DNA of 22,295 nt from Elusimicrobiota bacterium (lineage in GTDB: Bacteria > Elusimicrobiota > Elusimicrobia > Elusimicrobiales > UBA9959), in contig JBAXKK010000039.1 of assembly GCA_037137395.1 (NCBI GenBank), positions 1 through 22,295 of the forward strand, given 5' to 3'. This document shows, piece after piece, positions 1 to 10,806 of this stretch; position 1 is the first letter of the stretch; every line of letters starts with the position of its first letter. Below the pieces are notes generated by a model that did no database searches, was not told the origin of the DNA, and saw nothing but the letters and a program-made list of their open reading frames with translations. The position numbers and the translations under genes are program-made.

Positions 1-261
1 ACAGGCGGCCTTCGCGCCGGTTGCCTGTTCACTGAATTGTGCTTCGCACCCCTCGACCCGATTCAACCCATGTCTGTCACCCCTTACCGTAAAGATGGAG
101 TGAGCAGAGATTGGTTAATTATGCTTTATCTAAATTAAGGGTACTATGTTGTTTGTTGTAACGCGAAGGCGAACCCCAATCAGACAGCGCGGATGACGGG
201 GAACCGGATAAGCGAAACCGTACCGGAGTGGACTGGGCTACCAGAGGTTTGCTACGGACAC
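1..261 (+). repeat. Copy 1 of a dispersed structured non-coding repeat (truncated by the window edge)
   Basis: Blocks 8-22 (15/15), 52-86 (33/35), 166-200 (near-identical, 2 small indels) and 234-247 (12/14) match the reverse complement of 15960-15974, 15921-15955, 15873-15905 and 15854-15867, in the same order. Confidence 0.85.
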
Positions 262-424
262 TGCTTTCGTTCGGCGCTTGCGTAAGCGCGCCGAGCGGGT
301 GGAGCCCTGCGACACTGGGCGCGCTCCGGAAGGGCGAGCACGGTGTGCTCGACGCATGCAGTGTCCGATAGCCAAGCAAACTGCGGCAAAGTCCACCCTG
401 ATTTCGCGTTCCGGTTCTCCGGCA
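194..424 (+). ncRNA. Putative structured RNA (long nested rod capped by a multi-hairpin junction), family unrecognised
   Basis: Nested stems 197-208/410-421, 212-217/402-407, 228-234/390-396, 247-253/375-381 and 255-264/358-367. Apical hairpins 269-277/288-296 and 335-341/345-351. G-U pairs (g200-t418, t270-g295) favour the + strand. No credible CDS. Confidence 0.45.
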
Positions 425-486
425 GCCTCTGGCCAAATTGTTGACCGACTAAATTTTATTGGGCAGGTGTGCTAAAAGGCCCACGC

Positions 487-524
487 AAAAGAAAGAGGGC
501 GGGACCTTTCGGTTTCCGCCCTCT
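487..524 (-). terminator. Rho-independent terminator of PFOR
   Basis: Stem agagggcgg (494-502) / ccgccctct (516-524), followed on the minus strand by TTCTTTT, 40 nt after the PFOR stop. Confidence 0.85.
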
Positions 525-563
525 GTCGTTATGTGTGCCAGTTTATATGCGCTGACCGATCCC

Positions 564-4154
<3,591 letters not shown>

Positions 4155-4333
4155 TATGTTTGTTCTCCTGTTATTTTTGGTTTCCCTGAATTATGTGCAC
4201 TGCGGAATATGCTGATAGTATAGCATTTTTGAGCGGCGTGGCAGTTCTGTGGCAGGATTTAAGCAGTACTAAGGATTTTTAGTATACTTATATATAATAG
4301 TGCGATTTATTTTATTGAAGAGAGGAACGAGTC

Positions 4334-5761
4334 ATGCCCCTGGAGAATAAACCGAAAAAACCCACGCCGTCCATTAAGCAGAATCACGGCCCCCACCAGG
4401 ACCCCGCGGCACGCAAGAATAACTACAATGAGGTGGCCCTCGGTTTCAGCCTGGAAGAAGCGGTAACTGAGGCCGCCCGCTGCCTAAACTGCAAGACCAG
4501 GCCATGTGAGATTGCTTGTCCGGTAAACATTAAAATCCCCGAATTTATAGACCTGGTCTACAGGGAAGACATACAGGGCGCCGCTTCCAAAATTTTCGAA
4601 ACCAGTCTTTTCCCGGCTATCTGCGGCCGGGTTTGCCCACAGGAAACCTATTGTGAAGACGCCTGTGTAATGAAAGAAAAGTTCGGTCCCGTCTCGGTAG
4701 GCCGGCTGGAGCGCTTCGTGGCCGACCATGTCAGGAAAAATAACCTTACCACTCTCCCGGAATGCGCGCCATCCACGGGTTTTAAGGTGGCCTGTGTGGG
4801 ATCGGGGCCGACTTCGCTGGCCGTAGCGGCAGAATTGCGCAAGAAAGGTCACGAGGTTGCCGTGTTTGAAGCCCTGCACGAATTCGGCGGCGTGTTAAGC
4901 TATGGCATCCCGACTTTTCGGCTGCCGCGCGAAGTGGTCAAGGCTGAAGTTGAGAACCTGCGTAAGATGGGAGTCAAGCTTTTTAAGAATGTGCTGATAG
5001 GCAAGACGCTTACCGTGGAAGAGCTTAAGCGTGACTTTGACGCTGTTTATATCGGTTCCGGAGCCGGACTGCCCAGCCCCATGAACTGCGCCGGAGAGGA
5101 CCTTGTGGGCGTTTACAGCTCCAACGAATTTCTCACCCGCATCAACCTTATGCAGGCTTATAAGTTTCCCGCGGCGGACACGCCATATTACATCGGTAAA
5201 AAAGTCATAGTGGTTGGAGGCGGCAATACCGCCATGGATTCCGCCCGCTGCGCCATGCGCCTTGAGCCTGAAAGCGTCACGGTGATGTATCGCCGCACCC
5301 GTGCCGAAATGCCGGCCAGAGGAGAGGAAGTAGAGAACGCCATGGAAGAGGGCATAAAGTTCGATTTCCTGACCGCGCCGGTGGAGCTGGAAGGAGACGG
5401 GCAGGGCCGGTTAAAGCGTGTTAAATGCATCCGCATGGAACTGGGTGAGCCTGACGCGTCAGGCCGCCGCAAGCCCGTGCCCATGAAAGGTTCCGAATTT
5501 TACATGGAGGCTGACAGTCTGGTGGTGGCCATAGGGTCAAGCCCCAATCCTATCATCCAGCAGACAACTCCGGGGCTGGCAGTGAATAAGTGGAATTGTA
5601 TCACAGCCGACGCGGCCGGAAAGACCTCGCTGGAAGGCATCTATGCCGGCGGCGATGTCGTGCGCGGCGGCGCCACCGTGCTTTTAGCCATGAAAGACGG
5701 AAAAGCCGCGGCCCAAGCCATGCACCAATACCTGCTGGGCAAGATCAAAGTAACGCGATAA
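4334..5761 (+). CDS. nfnB: NfnB/SudA-type large subunit (GltD-like Fe-S flavoprotein) of NADH-dependent reduced ferredoxin:NADP+ oxidoreductase
   Basis: RCLNC..PC...CP and ICGRVCPQE..CE..C Fe-S motifs, GSGP FAD motif, GGGNTAMD NADPH motif, YAGGD. Adjacent to an NfnA-like gene, and no gltB is present in the window. Confidence 0.85.
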   Translation: MPLENKPKKPTPSIKQNHGPHQDPAARKNNYNEVALGFSLEEAVTEAARCLNCKTRPCEIACPVNIKIPEFIDLVYREDIQGAASKIFETSLFPAICGRVCPQETYCEDACVMKEKFGPVSVGRLERFVADHVRKNNLTTLPECAPSTGFKVACVGSGPTSLAVAAELRKKGHEVAVFEALHEFGGVLSYGIPTFRLPREVVKAEVENLRKMGVKLFKNVLIGKTLTVEELKRDFDAVYIGSGAGLPSPMNCAGEDLVGVYSSNEFLTRINLMQAYKFPAADTPYYIGKKVIVVGGGNTAMDSARCAMRLEPESVTVMYRRTRAEMPARGEEVENAMEEGIKFDFLTAPVELEGDGQGRLKRVKCIRMELGEPDASGRRKPVPMKGSEFYMEADSLVVAIGSSPNPIIQQTTPGLAVNKWNCITADAAGKTSLEGIYAGGDVVRGGATVLLAMKDGKAAAQAMHQYLLGKIKVTR

Positions 5762-5773
5762 AAGGTGAAAGAT

Positions 5774-6652
5774 ATGAATAAAAATATTTACTCTACCGAC
5801 AATCTCTATAAGATAGTGGTAAAAGAAGACCTCTCCACCGCCATTTCAACGCATGTGATCTACGCCCCCCTAATCGCCAACAAGGCGAAGGCCGGACACT
5901 TTGTGATCCTGCGCGCCAGAGAAGGCGGCGAGCGCATTCCGGTGACTCTGGTGAATTGGGACGCAAAAAAGGGAACTATCACGCTGATTATACAGAGTCT
6001 GGGCAAATCCACAACTGAAATTAACGCCATGAAGGCCGGCGAATCGTTTATGGACGTGACTGGCCCGTTGGGCACGCCGGTGGAGATAAAGAAATACGGC
6101 ACTGTCCTGGGGGTCGGCGGCGGCGTCGGCATAGCTGAGCTATATCCGATAGCCAGAGCTTTCAAAGAAGCCGGCAATAAGATCATCTCCATACTCGGGG
6201 CCCGGTCCAAAGATCTGCTGATACTTGAGGACGATATGAGGCGCATTTCCGATTCCGTCATCGTAACCACTGACGATGGTTCGGCCGGAACTAAAGGCCT
6301 GGTCACGGACGCGATGAAAACGCTTTATGATAGGGGCGAGAAAATAGACGCCATCTTCACAATCGGGCCCATCATAATGATGAAATTTGTGGCGGAAACT
6401 TCGCGCCCTTACAAGACCCCTAGTTTCGCCAGCCTAAACCCCGTCATGCTGGATGGCACGGGCATGTGCGGCTGCTGCCGCGTGGAAGTGGGAGGCAAGC
6501 CTAAATTCGCCTGCGTGGACGGCCCGATGTTCGACGCGCATCTGACCAATTTTGACCTGCTCTCCAAAAGGACCGCGGCCTACAAGGAACACGAGAAACT
6601 TTCGCTGGACGAATACACTAAGACCCATGAATGCAAAATAGGACTGCATTAG
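5774..6652 (+). CDS. nfnA: NfnA/SudB-type small subunit (PyrK-like FAD/NAD-binding, 2Fe-2S)
   Basis: GERIPVT, GPLG, GGGVG, TDDGS.G.KG and DGTGMCGCCRV...ACVDGP. ATG 5774 is preferred over GTG 5765 because of the AAGGTG RBS spacing. Confidence 0.85.
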   Translation: MNKNIYSTDNLYKIVVKEDLSTAISTHVIYAPLIANKAKAGHFVILRAREGGERIPVTLVNWDAKKGTITLIIQSLGKSTTEINAMKAGESFMDVTGPLGTPVEIKKYGTVLGVGGGVGIAELYPIARAFKEAGNKIISILGARSKDLLILEDDMRRISDSVIVTTDDGSAGTKGLVTDAMKTLYDRGEKIDAIFTIGPIIMMKFVAETSRPYKTPSFASLNPVMLDGTGMCGCCRVEVGGKPKFACVDGPMFDAHLTNFDLLSKRTAAYKEHEKLSLDEYTKTHECKIGLH

Positions 6653-6781
6653 GAGCTGTTGCCCCCCTGCCGCGCTTGAACGGTTTTGACGAAATAAGAG
6701 GTGTGATGAATGTCGTTGACAACGGGCTTCGTTAAGTTGCAAAATTTGTGAGGTAAATCAGAATTAAGGGGAGATAAAAGA

Positions 6782-7231
6782 ATGAAAAAAGTAATCATAT
6801 CAGCGGTAGCTGTCGTTGCCTTCGGCGCTACGGCTTTCGCGGCGGACTACGGCAGCGCAGGCTGCGGCCTCGGAAGTCTGGCGTTCAAGAGCAATGACAT
6901 GACGCAGGTACTCGCGGCCACCACCAACGGCACCTTCGGCAGTCAGACCTTCGGTATAACCTTCGGCACCTCAGGCTGCAACAATAAGGGTCTGGTAAAG
7001 CTGTCCATGGCCCGCGAGAGTTTCATTGAAGCCAACTACAAGGACCTGTCCCGCGAAGTAGCGTCCGGCAAGGGCGAATACGTGACCAACCTGGCCAAGC
7101 TCTACGGCTTTACTCCTGAGACCACCGGGAAGTTCACCGAGCTCCTGCAGAAGAACCACACCACCATCTTCGCTGCCAATAACGCGAAGACCGCTGTTAC
7201 CGAGATCAACAGGCTTGTTACCAGCCTGTAA
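6782..7231 (+). CDS. DUF3015 family secreted protein
   Basis: Signal peptide (MKK...AFA) and the GxAGCGLGS...ATTNGT...TFGITFGTSGC signature of DUF3015. GGGGAG RBS. Confidence 0.85.
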   Translation: MKKVIISAVAVVAFGATAFAADYGSAGCGLGSLAFKSNDMTQVLAATTNGTFGSQTFGITFGTSGCNNKGLVKLSMARESFIEANYKDLSREVASGKGEYVTNLAKLYGFTPETTGKFTELLQKNHTTIFAANNAKTAVTEINRLVTSL

Positions 7232-7246
7232 GCGCGGATATAAGTA

Positions 7247-9175
7247 ATGAAACACAAATGGGCCGGAGCATTCAAACCTCCGGCCTGTTTTTTATTTCTG
7301 ATCCTGCTGCTGACACCTTCGGTCCGCGCCCTGGCCCCGGAAAAAGAATTACAGCGCCTAACCCTCAGGCAATCCGCCCTTAAGGCCGCAGCCTGGACGG
7401 ATCCGTATTGGCTGCGGCTCCTTTATTACGAGAAAAACCTCCTGGGCGGCTACCGAAGTCCCTCCGTTAATAATAATTTCTTCCTCTCAAAATGGGGCAA
7501 TATCAGTCCGAAGCTTGAACTGGAAGCCGCCGTGGACGGACTTTTTTTTGAGGGCCCTGACGACGATAGTCCGGAATGCCGCTTTCCGGAGCGCTATCGC
7601 TGGCTGCGCGCCAAACTTGCGGTTAAAGACTCAGATTCCCCTCTTAAAGTTTGCAGTTCCTTTGAGGACTGGAAAGCGGGACTTGATACGGAATCGGTAA
7701 GCCTGCTTTTTGCCGCCGGCTACCTTAATAATCCTTCAACGCTGTACGGCCACACCTTTCTCCGTCTGCACAAGCGCGGGGCTGTTGGCGCGGATTTGCT
7801 GGATTACACCATAAACTACGCCGCGACCGCTGACGCCGAGAACGGATTTCTTTTCGCGATCAAGGGGCTCGTGGGCGCTTATCCGGGCCAGTTCTCAACC
7901 ATTCCGTATTATCTGAAAATACAGGAATATCACAATATAGAGAACCGGGACTTATGGGAATTCCCCCTCAGCCTGACTTCGGAGGAAATTGACCGCTTGC
8001 TGCGACACGGCTGGGAACTCGGCAAGGCCGCTTTTCCTTATCTGTTTTTCACCCGCAACTGCTCCTGGCAGCTGATGCCGCTGCTGGATATTGTAAAGCC
8101 GGAGCTTGATCTTTCGCGGCGCTTCCATATTTGGGTTATACCGTCCGACACTGCCAAGGCCGCGCTTCGGGCCTCCCCGTCCTCAGCGCCGGGCTGGCGG
8201 CCTTCGCTTTGGAAAATAGTGGAATGGAAGAGAGGTCAGCTCTCCCCGGGCGAAAAGGCTTCCGTGCTTGAGCTGGCGCGCGGTGACCAGAGCGCGGAGC
8301 TTGAAAAACTGCGCGCCTCCCTCCCTTCGCGCAAAGCGGCAGTGCTCGAAGCCGCGGTGGATTACCTGAGCTGGCGCTTTTACGCGCGACGCATCGGGAA
8401 AATAGAGCTTGATAACCGCACCGACCCCCTCCTGGCGGAGCGCGCCCCCCTGGGACAGCAGTTCACTTTTTTCGGCGGGCCGGAGCGGCCGGCTTCAATT
8501 TTAGAGGCGCATGAAAGCCTGCGCCTGGGCGCGGGACTGGTCTCGCTTAAAAACGGCCCCGCTTATGAAGTGCGCGGCCGCTTTGCCGTGCAGGACCTCT
8601 TGGACGATCCCACGGGTTATCTGCCCGACGCCGTGCTTGAGATGGGCTCTTTCCGCCTGAGGCATGAACCCCGCTACAATCGTCTTTACATGAAAGAGGG
8701 CAGGCTGGCAAAAGTGATGAGCTTAAATCCTTGGGACGACTGGGTGCGGCGTCCCTCCTGGGAAATTTCTGCCGGCATCGAGCAGGCTGATGAAACCGGG
8801 CGACAGAGCGGTCGGGCGGCTGTGTGGGCGATGAACGCTGGTTCCGGACTGGCGGTGGAATTTCAGCTTCCGCTGCGCCAGGTCTGGTATGTTCTGGCTG
8901 AAGCGGACAGCGCTTTCGGTCCGGCTCTTGACGCGAACTGGCGCGCCGGCGCCGGCTTAAAGGCGGGCGTGCTGGCCGAAACAGGCCGGCTGCGAAGCTT
9001 GATCGAGGCGCGCTATATCAGTTACGCCTTTGGCGACACCAGGCCGCTTTGGGCCGGGTCGGCAGCGGTTTCTTTAAACCTGGCTAAGAATAGTTCCGCG
9101 CGACTGGAATACGCCTGGCGCGGTAAAGTTCAGGAGTGCGGCGTGTATTTTCACCAGTACCTGTTCGCGCCATAG
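7247..9175 (+). CDS. DUF4105 (Lnb N-terminal-like) domain protein with probable C-terminal outer-membrane beta-barrel
   Basis: N-terminal hydrophobic segment, W.RLL.Y, CRFP.RY.WL, PSTLYGHTFLR, ENRDLWE and YLFFTRNC. The C-terminal ~230 aa is Gly/aromatic-rich with amphipathic strand patterns. Confidence 0.8.
   Translation: MKHKWAGAFKPPACFLFLILLLTPSVRALAPEKELQRLTLRQSALKAAAWTDPYWLRLLYYEKNLLGGYRSPSVNNNFFLSKWGNISPKLELEAAVDGLFFEGPDDDSPECRFPERYRWLRAKLAVKDSDSPLKVCSSFEDWKAGLDTESVSLLFAAGYLNNPSTLYGHTFLRLHKRGAVGADLLDYTINYAATADAENGFLFAIKGLVGAYPGQFSTIPYYLKIQEYHNIENRDLWEFPLSLTSEEIDRLLRHGWELGKAAFPYLFFTRNCSWQLMPLLDIVKPELDLSRRFHIWVIPSDTAKAALRASPSSAPGWRPSLWKIVEWKRGQLSPGEKASVLELARGDQSAELEKLRASLPSRKAAVLEAAVDYLSWRFYARRIGKIELDNRTDPLLAERAPLGQQFTFFGGPERPASILEAHESLRLGAGLVSLKNGPAYEVRGRFAVQDLLDDPTGYLPDAVLEMGSFRLRHEPRYNRLYMKEGRLAKVMSLNPWDDWVRRPSWEISAGIEQADETGRQSGRAAVWAMNAGSGLAVEFQLPLRQVWYVLAEADSAFGPALDANWRAGAGLKAGVLAETGRLRSLIEARYISYAFGDTRPLWAGSAAVSLNLAKNSSARLEYAWRGKVQECGVYFHQYLFAP
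7260..7293 (+). terminator. Intrinsic terminator-like hairpin after DUF3015, overlapping the first codons of the DUF4105 gene
   Basis: ggccggag (7261-7268) / ctccggcc (7278-7285), followed by TGTTTTTTATTT. Confidence 0.7.
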
Positions 9176-9179
9176 CAAC

Positions 9180-9284
9180 AGTGGTTAGTGGCGAGTGCGA
9201 AGTGTAGCGCAAAACAAATTATTGGTTGATGGTATTACAACGTCTTTGCTCTGCCCCGCCACTAATCACTATTCACTCGCCACT
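9180..9284. repeat. Inverted arrays of heptamer tandem repeats (AGTGnnn x4 / nnnCACT x4)
   Basis: agtggtt-agtggcg-agtgcga-agtgtag (9180-9207) versus cgccact-aatcact-attcact-cgccact (9257-9284). Confidence 0.8.
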
Positions 9285-9290
9285 TAACAT

Positions 9291-10151
9291 ATGAAATTCA
9301 ATATAGTTCTTATATCAATATTGACAATAACGATGGTTGGTTGCACGCATTTGTTCTTTCAGCCTTCAAAAAATATCTTTTCCGATCCGGCAGCGGACGG
9401 GATAAAGTATGAAGTCATAAAATTCAAATCCGGCGACGGGACGGAACTTACGGGGATGTTTTTTCCTCCGGCGGGTCCGCCGCTTGCGACAATAATACAT
9501 TTTCATGGTAACGCGCAGAATATGACGGCGCATTTTCCGTACTCCGCCTGGCTGGCCCGTGAAGGGTTTAATGTTTTTGTTTTCGACTATAGGGGCTACG
9601 GGGCGTCTGGCGGGAGGCCTGAACTGGGCGGACTTGTCCAGGACGGCATAGCGGCCCTGGAGCAGGCGGCCAAACTGCCGGGAGCTGAACCAGGCAGGAT
9701 GATAGTGTTCGGGCAGAGCCTGGGCGGAGCTATAGCCGTGGCGGCTGTGGCTGAGTCGGGGTTTAAACCTGCAGCGATGATTTTGGAAGGAACTTTTTAT
9801 TCTTACAAAAGCGTCGCCTCTGCCGCACTGAGGCGCAGTTGGTGGAGTTGGCCTTTCTCATGGATCCCCTGGGTGGGGGTCACGGGTAAATATTCACCCT
9901 CGGACTATATCTCTAAAATTAACTGCCCGAAGCTCTTCATCCATTCAAAACTAGACCCGATAGTTCCGTTCAGGCAAAGCAGAAAACTTTTTAAGGCCGC
10001 GAAAGAACCTAAGGAATTCTGGCCAGTGACGTCCGGCCACACCGACGCATTTTACGGTCAGCGCGAAACCTACGGCCCGAAACTTACAGCCTACCTGAAA
10101 ATAGCATTAAACTTCCTCCCGGCTGTTGTTAAACCTTCCAGCGCCCACTAA
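9291..10151 (+). CDS. Alpha/beta hydrolase lipoprotein (YfhR/ABHD-like)
   Basis: Lipobox MVG-C18, HFHGNA oxyanion motif, FDYRGYGAS, GQSLGG nucleophile, D in HSKLDPIVP and H in SGHTD. Confidence 0.9.
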   Translation: MKFNIVLISILTITMVGCTHLFFQPSKNIFSDPAADGIKYEVIKFKSGDGTELTGMFFPPAGPPLATIIHFHGNAQNMTAHFPYSAWLAREGFNVFVFDYRGYGASGGRPELGGLVQDGIAALEQAAKLPGAEPGRMIVFGQSLGGAIAVAAVAESGFKPAAMILEGTFYSYKSVASAALRRSWWSWPFSWIPWVGVTGKYSPSDYISKINCPKLFIHSKLDPIVPFRQSRKLFKAAKEPKEFWPVTSGHTDAFYGQRETYGPKLTAYLKIALNFLPAVVKPSSAH

Positions 10152-10152
10152 A

Positions 10153-10182
10153 ATAAAGGCTCCGCTATGCGGAACCTTTTAT
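10153..10182. terminator. Probable bidirectional terminator between convergent genes
   Basis: aaagg-c-tccgc-tat-gcgga-a-ccttt with A-tract and T-tract flanks. Confidence 0.65.
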
Positions 10183-10204
10183 ATGCAGTGTGTTTTTTGG
10201 CTAA

Positions 10205-10477
10205 TCAGGTGCGTCTGAATTTTCTGTATACTTCTTTGCGGTGGCCGATTTTCAGGATCAATACGGCAGGCCCTTGGATTTTATATATGACGCGGTAGTC
10301 ACCTATGCGTAGTTTGCGCAAACCCGACAGACTGCGGCGTAGCGGTTCTCCGAATTTAAGGGGGTCGAGGATAAGGCGCTCTTCTATGGCCTTGCGGATG
10401 CGATTTTTTATGTTTTGCGGAAAGCCGACGATATCCCGCGTGACCTCGGGATGATACTTGGGCTCAAAAAGCATCAT
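10205..10477 (-). CDS. Type II toxin, RelE/ParE family
   Basis: 90 aa, basic. P.KFGEPLR..L.GLRKLRIGDYRVIY...KIGHRKEVY. Start overlaps the antitoxin stop (ATGA). Confidence 0.92.
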   Translation of the reverse strand: MMLFEPKYHPEVTRDIVGFPQNIKNRIRKAIEERLILDPLKFGEPLRRSLSGLRKLRIGDYRVIYKIQGPAVLILKIGHRKEVYRKFRRT

Positions 10478-10701
10478 TTCCAGACATCCTTATGGGAAAT
10501 TGCTTTCTTAGCGGTATAGGTCCTGGCTCTGTCCGCAGCGACAATGTCCCAATAGATATCTTCCCTGGCCTCTAAAGCCTCTTTTATAATGTCGCGGGCC
10601 TCCAGCGACATCGAAACGCCGTCGCGCTCGGCCATGCGCCCCAGGGCGGCGTAAAGCAGCGGGTCCAGCACAATATTAACTCTGGGATTCTTAGTAGGCA
10701 T
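10474..10701 (-). CDS. Ribbon-helix-helix antitoxin
   Basis: MPTKNPRVNIVL...L..MA..DGVSMS...RDIIKEALE..ED with a C-terminal SH.DVW. GGAGGA RBS before ATG 10701. Lies upstream of the toxin. Confidence 0.88.
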   Translation of the reverse strand: MPTKNPRVNIVLDPLLYAALGRMAERDGVSMSLEARDIIKEALEAREDIYWDIVAADRARTYTAKKAISHKDVWK

Positions 10702-10718
10702 AGTTTTCCTCCATAAAT

Positions 10719-10747
10719 AGTGTACCACAAGTGTTCCACCTTGTCAA
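10719..10747 (-). promoter_or_regulatory. Sigma70 promoter of the TA operon with overlapping direct-repeat operator
   Basis: Minus strand TTGACA-17 nt-TACACT with a TG extension. agtgtaccac / agtgttccac direct repeats at 11-bp period (10719-10739). Confidence 0.8.
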
Positions 10748-10806
10748 CAGATTGCTGCCTATTGGCCTTGTGGGTTTGGAGCCTTGATAAACCAAACCCT
10801 GCACAA

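Noticed and set aside
196..345. Resemblance to SRP RNA (TCCGGAAGG), cobalamin riboswitch (GGGAA..CACTG..GGAAG), SAM-I (GGAG.GGACTGG) or group II intron domain V (GAACCGGAT...TCCGGTTC)
   Set aside because: Each lacks essential elements: no CAGG/AGCAG, no B12 box or CCCGCaACTGT, no SAM P1/P3 core, and no AGC/CGC triad.
119..475. ORFs 119-436 (-) and 278-475 (+)
   Set aside because: Non-ATG starts, no RBS and no protein-like composition. They overlap the structured repeat.
4334..5761. Annotation as glutamate synthase small subunit
   Set aside because: No gltB in the window, and pairing with a PyrK-like gene fits NfnAB/SudAB better.
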